NCBI GenBank assembly: GCA_964016885.1
Contig: OZ024743.1
Coordinates: 76,756,001 to 76,820,000, forward strand
Reading direction: 5' to 3'
DNA: 64,000 bases
DNA from: Eledone cirrhosa
Lineage: Eukaryota
Numbering within the stretch: position 1 is the first letter of the stretch; each line of letters starts with the position of its first letter. The position numbers and the translations under genes are program-made. Below are positions 16,401 through 29,930 of the stretch, one piece after another. Below the pieces are notes generated by a model, which did not search any database, was not told the DNA's origin, and saw only the letters and a list, made by a program, of their open reading frames with translations.

Positions 16401-19060
16401 GCTATTGACTGTAATATAGATATAATATAGATATAATATAATTAACATATTAACAAGACACTGGAGTCAGCTATTGACTGTAATATAGATATAATATATC
16501 TATAATATAACTAACATATTAACAAGACACTGGAGTCTGCTATTGACTGTAATATAGATATAATATAGATATAATATAACCAACATATTAACAAGACACT
16601 GGAGTCAGCTATTGACTGTAATATAGATATAATATATCTATGATATAACTAACATATTAACAAGACACTGGAGTCAGCTATTGACTATAATATAGATATA
16701 ATATAGATATAATATAACCAACATATTAACAAGACACTGGAGTCAACTATTGACTGTAATATAGATATAATATAGATATAATATAACTAACATATTAACA
16801 AGACGCTGGAGTGAGCTATTGACTGTAATATAGGTATAATATAGATATAATATAACTAACATATTAACAAGACACTGGAGTCAGCTATTGACTGTAATAT
16901 AGATATAATATAGATATAATATAACTAACATATTAACAAGACACTGGAGTCAGCTATTGACTGTAATATAGATATAATATAGATATAATATAACTAACAT
17001 ATTAACAAGACACTGGAGTCAGCTATTGACGGTAATATAGATATAATATATCTATAATATAACTAACATATTAACAAGACACTAGAGTCAGCTATTGACT
17101 GTAATATAGATATAATATAGATATAATATAACTAACATATTAATAAGACACTGGAGTCAGCTATTGACTGTAATATAGATATAATATATCTATAATATAA
17201 CTAACATATTAACAAGACACTGTAGTCAGCTATTTACTGTAATATAGATATAATATATCTATAATATAACTAACATATTAACAAGACACTGGAGTCAGCT
17301 ATAGACTGTAATATAGATATAATATAGATATAATATAGATATAATATAACAAACATATTAACAAGACACTGTAGTCAGCTATTTACTGTAATATAGATAT
17401 AATATAGATATAATATAACTAACATATTAACAAGACACTGGAGTCAGCTATTGACTGTAATATAGATATAATATAGATATAATATAACCAACATATTAAC
17501 AAGACACTAGAGTCAGCTATTGACTGTAATATAGATATAATATTGATATAATATAACCAACATATTAACAAGACACTGGAGTCAGCTATTGACTGTAATA
17601 TAGATATAATATATCTATAATATAATTAACATATTAACAAGACACTGGAGTCAGCTATTGACTGTAATATAGATATAATATATCTATAATATAACTAACA
17701 TATTAACAAGACACTGGAGTCTGCTATTGACTGTAATATAGATATAATATATATATAATATAACTAACATATTAACAAGACACTGGAGTCCGCTATTGAC
17801 TGTAATATAGATATAATATAGATATAATATAACCAACATATTAACAAGACACTGGAGTCAGCTATTGACTGTAATATAGATATAATATAGATATAATATA
17901 ATTAACATATTAACAAGACACTGGAGTCAGCTATTGACTGTAATATAGATATAATATATCTATAATATAACTAACATATTAACAAGACACTGGAGTCTGC
18001 TATTGACTGTAATATAGATATAATATATCTATAATATAACCAACATATTAACAAGACACTGGAGTCAGCTATTGACTGTAATATAGATATAATATATCTA
18101 TGATATAACTAACATATTAACAAGACACTGGAGTCAGCTATTGACTATAATATAGATATAATATAGATATAATATAACCAACATATTAACAAGACACTGG
18201 AGTCAACTATTGACTGTAATATAGATATAATATAGATATAATATAACTAACATATTAACAAGACACTGGAGTCTGCTATTGACTGTAATATAGATATAAT
18301 ATAGATATAATATAACTAACATATTAACAAGACGCTGGAGTCAGCTATTGACTGTAATATAGATATAATATATCTATAATATAACCAACATATTAACAAG
18401 ACACTGGAGTCAGCTATTGACTATAATATAGATATAATATAGATATAATATAACCAACATATTAACAAGACACTGGAGTCAACTATTGACTGTAATATAG
18501 ATATAATATAGATATAATATAACTAACATATTAACAAGACACTGGAGTCAACTATTGACTGTAATATAGATATAATATATATATAATATAACTAACATAT
18601 TAACAAGACACTGGAGTCAGCTATAGACTGTAATATAGATATAATATATCTATAATATAACTAACGTATTAACAGGACACTGGAGTCTGCTATTGACTGT
18701 AATATAAATATAACATATCTATAATATAACTAACATATTAACAAGACACTGGAGTCAGCTATTGACTGTAATATAGATAAAATATAGATATAATATATAT
18801 TTCTTTTATTTGCCACTAGGGCATCAAAAGTGGGACAAGTACAAAGGGGGGAGTTTACACAAAAAGGCGTCCTCAATAAGGAGGAGGCAATAACAAAATA
18901 TAAAAATAAAATAAGATATAACAAAAAATAAAATTTTTAACAAAATCCTCAATAGAGAGGAGGCGCCTTGGGTGTCGCACACACCCCCGAAAAAAGTGTG
19001 CAACCCTTCTCCTCAGGAGCACAGAGAAGGGGTGCTCCCTTGGTCTTTCATCTTCCTCAC

Positions 19061-22000
19061 CTATAGTCTGATGTAGAGTGAAGGCCCATTCACACGGACC
19101 ATTCTCGCCACTTTCACCCATCTTTCATAGAAACGGCTGGGGTGCAGCACCTCTCTCTCCATCCTGATCCTTCTTCCGAAATGATATCGGAAGAAACGGA
19201 CCAGTTGTTGGCCAGAGAGAAAGGTGCCCGACCTCAGTCCTTTCAGACGCGTCCACCATACAACCTCTTTCGCCATGGCTATTACGCACAGAAACACCGC
19301 CTCTGCTTCATCTTTGAAGGGGGGAGGCGGCTTGATCATTACAATAGACTCGGTGGTCAACCGGATCGGTCCCACCCTTGACAGCAGTTATTCGACATAG
19401 CCCCACAGATCGGCTACGCCCGAGCAGTGTACTAATGCGTGTGCAACGGTTTCCTCGTCGCACACGCATCTGGGACAGATCTTTTTGGCGGGGTCCCTAC
19501 CCGGGCGCCCGTGTCTGTAGAGCCTTTCTCGAACGGGTAAAGCCCCTCGGTAGCACTGCCAGGCCAGGGACTTCTGGAAGTTGTCCATAGGTCCCGGGCT
19601 GAATGTCCTACCGAACAGGCTGGCCAGTTCGTCCTCCTCAATGTCTAGGGCTTCTCCGAGGGCGTCGTCGCACCTGCTGCGTACCAGCCCTCTATAGAAT
19701 GTTGCGGTGGAGTCTCCACTGACAACCGGATCCGCCTGCCAGAGGGCGGTGAGCGCCTGGGCACACTCAGTGTGCCAGGCGCCCAGTTTTCTCGGTCTTT
19801 GCTTGACCCAGGATTGCAGCTCGGTGAGTGAGACGAGTCTGGGAAAGGTTCGTCTCACAAACGAGGCCCACACCGGTTGTCCGGTGAGGAATACGTAGAG
19901 GTGCCGTAGCCTTAATGCGTGTTTACGCATCATTAGCCACGGCATCCCCAGCCCTCATTTCGAAGGGTGTTGACAGCAGATGGATCTCCTCACCATAGGA
20001 GCCCGCCTCTTCCAAAGGAATTGGAAGAGCGCGCGCTCCATCTTGGTGAGGGTTTCCCTTGGGCAGGGCACTACGGTCAGGCGGTAGTAGATGACGGACG
20101 CTATGTAGGTGTTCGCCACCTCCGCCCGACCTTTCAGGGATAGTTTGCAACTGGCCCACTTCTGGGTCAGTGCAAACACCCTGTTCGTAACCTCCGCCCA
20201 GTTTTTCTCCACCTGGAGGTCCGGTCCGAACCAGACCCCGAGCAACTTCACCGGGCCCTCCGTCCAGCGTCCGACGACGCTATCGGAGGGCATCGGTCTG
20301 CCCCTCCACGTGCCGAGTTGCAAACCGATCGACTTGTCCCGGTTCAGCTTAGCCCCTGTGAACTTTTCGTACTCCTCCAGTAAGGTGCCGACCGCCTCGA
20401 TTTCGGAGGCCGTCGACACCATTACTGTCACGTCATCGGCGTAGGCCGACACCGCTTTCCGCAATCCCGGTTCCAAAGGGATGCCCTGCAACAACTCCAA
20501 CTTCCGCAGTAGTGGCTCGAGAGTCAACACATACAGAAGGGAGGAGAGAGGGCACCCTTGTCGGATGGACCGCGCGATTTTGAACGGCTCCGAGAGGTAG
20601 CCGTTCACCTTGACCCTAGAGCAGATGCGGCTGCTGTGCATAGCAGTGATCCAGCCCCTGAAAACGGGTCCGAAGCCTGCCGCCGCTAGCACCGCATCCA
20701 GGTAACCATGGTCGACCCTATCGAACGCCTTAGATTGATCCAAGTTGATCAGAGCCCCACCAAAGCCGGGTTCGTTCCCAACCCTCTCTATGATGTATCG
20801 CATGAGGTGGAGGTTGTCATGGATGGACCTGGACGGGATAGCGCATGTCTGCGCATCTCCCACCAGGTTGCCCACGACAAGCGCCAACCTCTTTGCTAGC
20901 ACCTTGGCCAAAATCTGTAACTCTGTATTTAGCAGTGTTATGGGCCTGAAGTTACTTATTTCGTCCCCCTTGTTCTCGTCCTTCCTCACTAGCGTGACTA
21001 CGCCCTTGGTCACAGTACAGGGAATTCTCCCGTTCTGTTGCCAGTTGCAGTAGACCGCCTCGAGGAGATCGGGGAACAAGTCCGGCATAGCTAGATATAA
21101 TTCGTAAGGAAGACCATCGAGACCCGGGGATTTGCGTTTGCCGCATTGGCTCAGCACGTCCTCTATCTCAGCGGCCGAAATCGGCTCCTCGCAGGACTTC
21201 GCCTCCCTGTCCGAGAGGCGCGGCAGGCCGTCGAGGTATGGACCGAAGTCCACGTTCCCAACCGGCTCCCCGCCCCTCCCGAACAGTCGGGCAAAGTGCC
21301 TTTGAAAGGCCTCACACATCTGCTTAGGCTCAAGAATCGCCCGTCCATCCAGGTCTCGCAAAGACCGGATGGTGGATTTAGTTCCACTGTTGGCCTCTGT
21401 CACGCGGGCCCAGCTAACAGCTTTGGTCCCCTCGTTCCCTAGAGCACGTATTTTACTTCGGACAACGCAGCCTTCGTGCTTCGCGTCGAAAAACTGGCTC
21501 AAAGCCGTTCTCGACGCTAGCACTCTGGCCACGTCGCCGCTTCTAATTGCCTCTTCTACTCTATCTATTAGCTCCCTTTCCTTCCTATTCCTATCCGCAG
21601 CTAGAACCTTACTAAATTCTATCGAGACTACTCTAATCTCTCTCTTTAGAGATACCCACCACCTGCTGTTGACGATCGCTCCAGTCAACCGTTCCTTAAC
21701 TAACGTACTAATCCGAATCCTGTAGGCTCTACTTGCCGGCAAGGACAAGTTGAGCTTCCAGTAACCGGGGCCCTGTCTATGAGTTCTGTCAAGGTTGACC
21801 ATGCAGGTCACTAATTTGTGGTCTGAATAGCCAACCATGCGCATTTTTGGACAACTTAAAAAGTCCTTATCCTTAATTCTAACTAAGAACCTATCTAGGT
21901 ACGACCTAGATGATCCGCTACGATTTGCCCAAGTCCAGGTTGGCGCAGTCGGAAAATCTAGTCGATATCTATCGGCCAGGTCAAATCGACCGATTAACCC

Positions 22001-22498
22001 TTTGAGGCTATTACACCCCTCTCTATCGGGGCAGGCCCCTACGTAGTCCCAGCGTGCATCTAGGATACCATTCCAGTCCCCCACTAATAGCAAGGAGCGG
22101 GACGTCCCTAGAAAAGTCTCCAGACGATGGAAGAAGTCCGGCCGCATTGACCCGAAAGGGCCGTTGGCGGCTACCAACCTAAACGCTCCGCCTTTACCAC
22201 TGCCAAGGTCCAGAACCACTAGTCGACCCTCCGGGTCCAAATGTACCATCTGTGTTGCGAGACCCAGATGTTTTTGCAGCAGAACGACAACTCCACCCCC
22301 ACCTCCGGGCTGACAGAGAGATGCGTGCATCTCAAAGTCATCAAAGGTGGGGGCCAGCTGTCGCACGTTGCTGATCCGGGCCTCGCAAATAACCATCACA
22401 TCTATACGTTGTGTCCTGAGGTCATTTAGAAGCATTGCTTGCTTCCAAGTTGAGCCCAGGCCACGCGCATTTAAACAGCCTACTCTTAGCATAGCCAT
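19061..22498 (-). pseudogene. LINE ORF2 (APE endonuclease + reverse transcriptase + zf-RVT), ~1145 codons, broken by two nonsense codons
   Basis: Endonuclease motifs GCLNARGL, GDWN, LDRFLV, SDHK; RT motifs KSPGLDG, FRPITLLN, DQSKAFDRVDH, RQGCPLS, YADD. Stops are TGA at 19955-57 (GGA in the other copy) and TAA at 19388-90 (CAA in the other copy). Confidence 0.93.
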
Positions 22499-22563
22499 GT
22501 TGGTGGTGAAGAGAAAAGGCACTTACCTCTCTGCGTCCCGGGTATCGGGCTGCACAATTTCCA

Positions 22564-24312
22564 TTAGGGTGGGGGATGGGTTGTTGGGTGGGGTGGTGGT
22601 TTGTGGAAGTGTGGGGGCATCAGTGTGTTGTGTGGTTGGGGAGCTTGGAGTTGTGAGGGTGTTTGGGGAGGGGGTGGGAATTTTTTTAGGAGGACGCGGT
22701 TAATGGGCCCGACGCAGGGGGGACCCACGTCCTCTTTAAAATTGTTTTTTAAAGTTTTATAGGTGTCCTGTGGGGCCTTAATCATTTTGAGGTGGGGGAA
22801 ATCCCCTGCCTGGGTGAAGTTAGGCCCTTGTGTTTTTATTAGATTGTTGTTGTACACAATGTTTAACAGTTTTTTGTTTCTTGTATTTATGTATGTGTAT
22901 GCATGTTTTTGTTTTTGTGTGGTGTTTTTTGTTTGCTGTTGTGAGCTCTTTTGTGTTGGTGTCAGTGTTATGTTTTGGGGAGGGGTTTTTTTCATTTGTG
23001 TGTCTGAGGTGTGTTTTCTTTTTTTTCTTTTGATTGTGTGGAAGTGCTCCTCCTCGTCTGACGACGAACTACGGTCATCTTCCGCGTTGGAGGGGAGGGG
23101 TATATTTTCGGGTTGTGTTTGCGGTACGGGTGTTTTGGAAATTGTTTTTGTTTTTTGAGTGGAGGGGATGGGTTGGACATTGTTTTGTTTTGGTTTGAGC
23201 TGTGGTGGTTGTTCTTGTAGTGGTAGTTGTGGTGATTGTGTTGGTTGTGCAGTTGTTGGTGGTGTAGGCAGGATTGGGGTTTTCTTATTAAGTTGGGGAC
23301 AGACAGCCCTCAGGTGACCTCTGGTTCCGCAGAGGTAACACGAGGGCCGTCTACCCTCGACGGTAATGTTGATGAAGGTTAGATCATCCAGTATGACGCG
23401 TTCAGGGATCTGGGCGATCCTTTCGGGCCTCATTTGAACTACAAGTTCGAGGCTCGTTCCACTGAACGCGTCACCCGATGCCTTTCCCATGGACACCAGC
23501 ATGTCATCCTCCAGGTCCAGAAAACCTGTCAAAACCCACCATATGTCCATAATCGGCAGGATGGTGTGGATTTTTATTTTTTGTGTTCTTCTACCCATGT
23601 ACGTAGGGTAGAAGGTGTATGCGGTGGATGTGATTGGTTTGGTGGACAGTTTCACTGCTGTGTCCCTGTCCTTCATGAGAATGGATAGACTCCCGTAGAG
23701 TCTATCCTTCTGAATGAAGGTGATGTCCTTCATGACGTCTTTTAAAACCAGCTCTATCTCGCTCTGTGATGGTTGAGCTGGTTTTTTACTTTTGTTCGAG
23801 ATTGTCCTAAACATGACCGTGTTTAGGAGTCTCTGGCTTTTTAGTTCCGGGGGGGAATGGATTGTGAATGAACCATTTTCTCCGTACACTATATATTTTT
23901 TCGCATCCGCCAGTAGCTCCTTCGCTTTTGTTATATCTACTGGCAGATAGTCGAGGGTTTTCCTTGTCGTCTCGGCGAAGGAGAAATTTTGTTTGTTTGT
24001 GTTGTTGTTGTCGTTGGTGGTGTTGTTGTTATCATTGTTGTTGTTGTCACCATTATTGGTCTTGTTGTTGTTGTTATTGTTATTGTTATTGGTGTTGTTT
24101 TCGTCCGTCGCATTGTTGTTGTTGTTGCTGTTGCTGCTGGTTCTTTGGGTTGTTGCCATGGCAACGTCAAGTTGTCGGTTAACAGGTGGAGAGAATTCTT
24201 CCTCTGGCTGACCTTTCTTCTTGACCTCTGCTACTGTGACAGTGGCAGGGGGAAGCTGTAAGTTCATCTTCCCCTTTCCTCCTTCGAATTTTGGTGAAGA
24301 AGCTTCGGCCAT
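22564..24312 (-). CDS. LINE ORF1, gag-like nucleic-acid-binding protein (582 aa)
   Basis: ATG start; CX2CX4HX4C knuckle CYLCGTRGHLRAVC; Asn-rich N-terminal tract from (AAC)n; P/Q/T-rich tail with basic KRKKRK; lies upstream of ORF2. Confidence 0.88.
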   Translation of the reverse strand: MAEASSPKFEGGKGKMNLQLPPATVTVAEVKKKGQPEEEFSPPVNRQLDVAMATTQRTSSNSNNNNNATDENNTNNNNNNNNNKTNNGDNNNNDNNNTTNDNNNTNKQNFSFAETTRKTLDYLPVDITKAKELLADAKKYIVYGENGSFTIHSPPELKSQRLLNTVMFRTISNKSKKPAQPSQSEIELVLKDVMKDITFIQKDRLYGSLSILMKDRDTAVKLSTKPITSTAYTFYPTYMGRRTQKIKIHTILPIMDIWWVLTGFLDLEDDMLVSMGKASGDAFSGTSLELVVQMRPERIAQIPERVILDDLTFINITVEGRRPSCYLCGTRGHLRAVCPQLNKKTPILPTPPTTAQPTQSPQLPLQEQPPQLKPKQNNVQPIPSTQKTKTISKTPVPQTQPENIPLPSNAEDDRSSSSDEEEHFHTIKRKKRKHTSDTQMKKTPPQNITLTPTQKSSQQQTKNTTQKQKHAYTYINTRNKKLLNIVYNNNLIKTQGPNFTQAGDFPHLKMIKAPQDTYKTLKNNFKEDVGPPCVGPINRVLLKKFPPPPQTPSQLQAPQPHNTLMPPHFHKPPPHPTTHPPP

Positions 24313-27278
24313 TTAAAAAATATTGACTTTTCAACAAGAAAAAACTTTTTTTTTTTGTTTAACTATTTCGCCTAAAGGCGTAGAATATTTTGAGAGACTG
24401 ACCAGATCAAAGTTTGACCTGGCAGTCCCTCTACAAAATGGTACAAAAATTAAAGTTATCACACAAGAATTTCTATAAAAATTTAAACAGAACTTACTCA
24501 GCAAGTTATACGCGTGTGTCCAACATATTAACAAGACAGTGGAGTCAGCTATTGACTGTAATATAGATATAATATAGATATAATATAACCAACATATTAA
24601 CAAGACACTGGAGTCAGCTATTGACTGTAATATAGATATAATATATCTATAATATAACCAACATATTAACAAGACAATGGTGTCAGCTATTGACTGTAAT
24701 ATAGATATAATATATCTATAATATAACCAACATATTAACAAGACACTGGAGTCAGCTATTGACTGTAATATAGATATAATATATCTATAATATAACTAAC
24801 ATATTAACAAGACACTGGAGTCAGCTATTGACTGTAATATAGATATAATATATCTATAATATAACTAACATATTAACAAGACACTGGAGTCTGCTATAGA
24901 CTGTAATATAGATATAATATAGATATAATATAACCAACATATTAACAAGACACTGGAGTCAGCTATTTACTGTAATATAGATATAATATATCTATAATAT
25001 AACTAACATATTAACAAGACACTGGAGTCAGATATTGACTGTAATATAGATATAATATATCTATAATATAACTAACATATTAACAAGACACTGGAGTCAG
25101 CTATTGACCGTAATATAGATATAATATATCTATAGTATAACTAACATATTAACAAGACACTGGAGTCAGCTATAGACTGTAATATAGATATAATATAGAT
25201 ATAATATAACTAACATATTAACAAGACACTGGAGTCAGCTATTGACTGTAATATAGATATAATATATCTATAGTATAACTAACATATTAACAAGACACTG
25301 GAGTCAGCTATTGACTGTAATATAGATATAATATAGATATAATATAACTAACATATTAACAAGACACTGGAGTCAGCTATTGACTGTAATATAGATATAA
25401 TATATCTATAATATAACTAACATATTAACAAGACACTGGAGTCTGCTATTGACTGTAATATAGATATAATATATCTATAGTATAACTAACATATTAACAA
25501 GACACTGGAGTCAGCTATAGACTGTAATATAGATATAATATAGATATAATATAACTAACATATTAACAAGACACTGGAGTCAGCTATTGACTGTAATATA
25601 GATATAATATATCTATAGTATAACTAACATATTAACAAGACACTGGAGTCAGCTATTGACTGTAATATAGATATAATATAGATATAATATAACTAACATA
25701 TTAACAAGACACTGGAGTCAGCTATTGACTGTAATATAGATATAATATATCTATAGTATAACTAACATATTAACAAGACACTGGAGTCAGCTATTTACTG
25801 TAATATAGATATAATATATCTATAATATAACTAACATATTAACAAGACACTGGAGTCAGCTATTGACTGTAATATAGATATAATATATCTATAATATAAC
25901 TAACATATTAACAAGACACTGGAGTCTGCTATTGACTGTAATATAGATATAATATATCTATAGTATAACTAACATATTAACAAGACACTGGAGTCAGCTA
26001 TAGACTGTAATATAGATATAATATAGATATAATATAACTAACATATTAACAAGACACTGGAGTCAGCTATTGACTGTAATATAGATATAATATATCTATA
26101 GTATAACTAACATATTAACAAGACACTGGAGTCAGCTATTGACTGTAATATAGATATAATATAGATATAATATAACTAACATATTAACAAGACACTGGAG
26201 TCAGCTATTGACTGTAATATAGATATAATATATCTATAGTATAACTAACATATTAACAAGACACTGGAGTCAGCTATTTACTGTAATATAGATATAATAT
26301 ATCTATAATATAACTAACATATTAACAAGACACTGGAGTCAGCTATTGACTGTAATATAGATATAATATATCTATAATATAACTAACATATTAACAAGAC
26401 ACTGGAGTCTGCTATTGACTGTAATATAGATATAATATATCTATAGTATAACTAACATATTAACAAGACACTGGAGTCAGCTATAGACTGTAATATAGAT
26501 ATAATATAGATATAATATAACTAACATATTAACAAGACACTGGAGTCAGCTATTGACTGTAATATAGATATAATATATCTATAGTATAACTAACATATTA
26601 ACAAGACACTGGAGTCAGCTATTGACTGTAATATAGATATAATATAGATATAATATAACTAACATATTAACAAGACACTGGAGTCAGCTATTGACTGTAA
26701 TATAGATATAATATATCTATAGTATAACTAACATATTAACAAGACACTTGAGTCAGCTATTGACTCCTCGCCACCGAAAATATACAAATTTGATCGTTGA
26801 GTTATTTTGACGTCAATTTAATTCGATAGCAGCTTACTTTAAATTCCTAGCAGGATTCTGAAGGTGAGAGTTGTTACATTCCTTTGATCAGACATCGGGG
26901 TATGTGGTCTATTTTTTACGAGATAAACAACAACAACAACAACAACAATGACAGCAACAACAACACATTTATTCTGGGCAAAGAGCTGACCCCAGGTAAG
27001 TTACAGTTGATGAGGTGTTCATATGTTACTGATTTACCTTCAATGAAAGTCATAACTTACTCTCGGCTCTCCAATAATGGCCACCCCTCCACACTTATTA
27101 ATTTTTCAGATTTTTCTAACTCCCACCCCAACTCCCCCTTATTCCATGATGTAGGGTTCCCTGTACATAGAGAAAAGATGGGATGGTCATAACTGGATTG
27201 TCTTCCTTCATTGGTCTGTTCAAGACTGATTATAAACAGTTAAACTTTACTATTCACACACAATTGTATTATATACCT

Positions 27279-29930
27279 CAACTACCACAACTACTACAAC
27301 TACTACAACTACTACAACTACTACAACTACCACAACTACCACAACTACTACAACTACTACAATTACTACAACTACCACAACTACTACAACTACTACAACT
27401 ACCACAACTACCACAACTACCACAACTACTACAACTACTACAACTACCACAACTACTACAACTACTACAACTACTACAACTACTACAACTACCACAACTA
27501 CCACAACTACTACAACTACTACAATTACTACAACTACCACAACTACTACAACTACTACAACTACCACAACTACCACAACTACCACAACTACTACAACTAC
27601 CACAACTACCACAACTACTACAACTACTACAACTACTACAACTACCACAACTACTACAACTACTACAACTACCACAACTACCACAACTACTACAACTACC
27701 GCAACTACCACAACTACCACAACTACTACAACTACTACAACTACCACAACTACTACAACTACTACAACTACCACAACTACCACAACTACCACAACTACTA
27801 CAACTACTACAACTACCACAACTACTACAACTACTACAACTACTACAACTACTACAACTACTACAACTACCACAACTACCACAACTACTACAATTACTAC
27901 AACTACCACAACTACTACAACTACTACAACTACCACAACTACCACAACTACCAAAACTACTACAACTACTACAACTACCACAACTACTACAATTACTACA
28001 ACTACCACAACTACTACAACTACTACAACTACTACAACTACCACAACTACTACAACTACTACAACTACCACAACTACTACAATTACTACAACTACCACAA
28101 CTACTACAATTACTACAACTACCACAACTACTACAACTACTACAACTACCACAACTACTACAACTACTACAACTACTACAACTACCACAACTACTACAAC
28201 TACTACAACTACTACAACTACTACAATTACTACAACTACCACAACTACTACAACTACTACAACTACTACAACTACCACAACTACTACAATTACTACAACT
28301 ACTACAACTACTACAACTACTACAACTACCACAACTACTACAATTACTACAACTACCAAAACTACCACAACTACTACAACTACCACAACTACTACAATTA
28401 CTACAACTACTACAACTACTACAACTACTACAACTACTACAACTACCACAACTACTACAATTACTACAACTACTACAACTACCACAACTACCACAACTAC
28501 TACAACTACTACAACTACTACAACTACCACAACTACTACAATTACTACAACTACCAAAACTACCACAACTACTACAACTACCACAACTACTACAATTACT
28601 ACAACTACCACAACTACTACAACTACTACAACTACTACAACTACCACAACTACTACAATTACTACAACTACCACAACTACCACAACTACCACAACTACTA
28701 CAACTACCACAACTACTACAACTACTACAACTACCACAACTACTACAACTACTACAACTACCACAACTACCACAACTACTACAACTACCACAACTACCAC
28801 AACTACCACAACTACTACAACTACTACAACTACCACAACTACTACAACTACTACAACTACCACAACTACCACAACTACCACAACTACTACAACTACTACA
28901 ACTACCACAACTACTACAATTACTACAACTACCACAACTACTACAACTACTACAACTACCACAACTACCACAACTACTACAACTACCACAACTACCACAA
29001 CTACCACAACTACTACAACTACTACAACTACCACAACTACTACAATTACTACAACTACCACAACTACTACAACTACTACAACTACCACATCTACCACAAA
29101 TACCACAACTACTACAACTACTACAACTACCACAACTACTACAACTACTACAACTACCACAACTACTACAACTACTACAACTACTACAACTACCACAACT
29201 ACTACAACTACCACAAATACCACAACTACCACAACTACTACAACTACTACAACTACTACAACTACTACAACTACCACAAATACCACAACTACTACAACTA
29301 CTACAACTACTACAACTACTACAACTACTACAACTACCACAACTACTACAACTACTACAACTACTACAACTACTACAACTACTACAACTACTACAACTAC
29401 CACAACTACCACAACTACTACAACTACTACAACTACTACAACTACCACAACTACTACAACTACTACAACTACCACAACTACTACAACTACTACAACTACT
29501 ACAACTACCACAACTACTACAACTACTACAACTACTACAACTACCACAACTACTACAACTACTACAACTACTACAACTACTACAACTACCACAACTACCA
29601 CAACTACCACAACTACTACAACTACTACAACTACCACAACTACCACAACTACTACATCTACTACAACTACCACAACTACCACAACTACTACAACTACCAC
29701 AACTACCACAACTACCACAACTACTACAACTACTACAACTACCACAACTACTACAACTACTACAACTACTACAACTACTACAACTACTACAACTACCACA
29801 ACTACCACAACTACTACAACTACTACAACTACCACAACTACCACAACTACCACAACTACCACAACTACCTCAACTACCGCAACTACTACAACTACTACAA
29901 CTAACACAACTACTACAACTACCGCAACTA
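27279..29930. repeat. 9-bp minisatellite (CAACTACYA)n
   Basis: Alternating CAACTACCA/CAACTACTA units with occasional CAATTACTA. It produces the spurious poly-Q/L/P and poly-V ORFs. Confidence 0.97.

Larger units (their letters stand above)
18798..24519 (-). mobile_element. Full-length (~5.7 kb) L1/Tx1-clade non-LTR retrotransposon: 5'UTR, ORF1, ORF2, 3'UTR
   Basis: Two-ORF layout with a gag-like CCHC ORF1 and an APE-RT-zf ORF2, with satellite directly abutting both ends. Tx1 versus other L1 assignment is from motif resemblance, not a tree. Confidence 0.93.
1..26765. repeat. 69-bp AT-rich tandem satellite (consensus AACATATTAACAAGACACTGGAGTCAGCTATTGACTGTAATATAGATATAATATAGATATAATATAACT), interrupted by two LINE insertions
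   Basis: AGACACTGGA recurs at 31, 100, 169 etc. (69-bp period). The array runs off the left edge and ends at ...GAGTCAGCTATTGACT (26765). It has internal 11-bp subrepeats (ATATAGATATA). Confidence 0.98.

Noticed and set aside
18730-24590. One-monomer-long TSD around the full-length LINE
   Set aside because: The flanking monomers differ at several positions (CTAAC/CCAAC, CACTG/CAGTG, GATAAA/GATATA), so this is just satellite periodicity.
1-26765. CRISPR-like array or small ORFs (MIICWLYYIY...) in the 69-bp repeat
   Set aside because: There are no unique spacers or cas genes. The monomer is a multiple of 3, so stop-free frames arise by chance.
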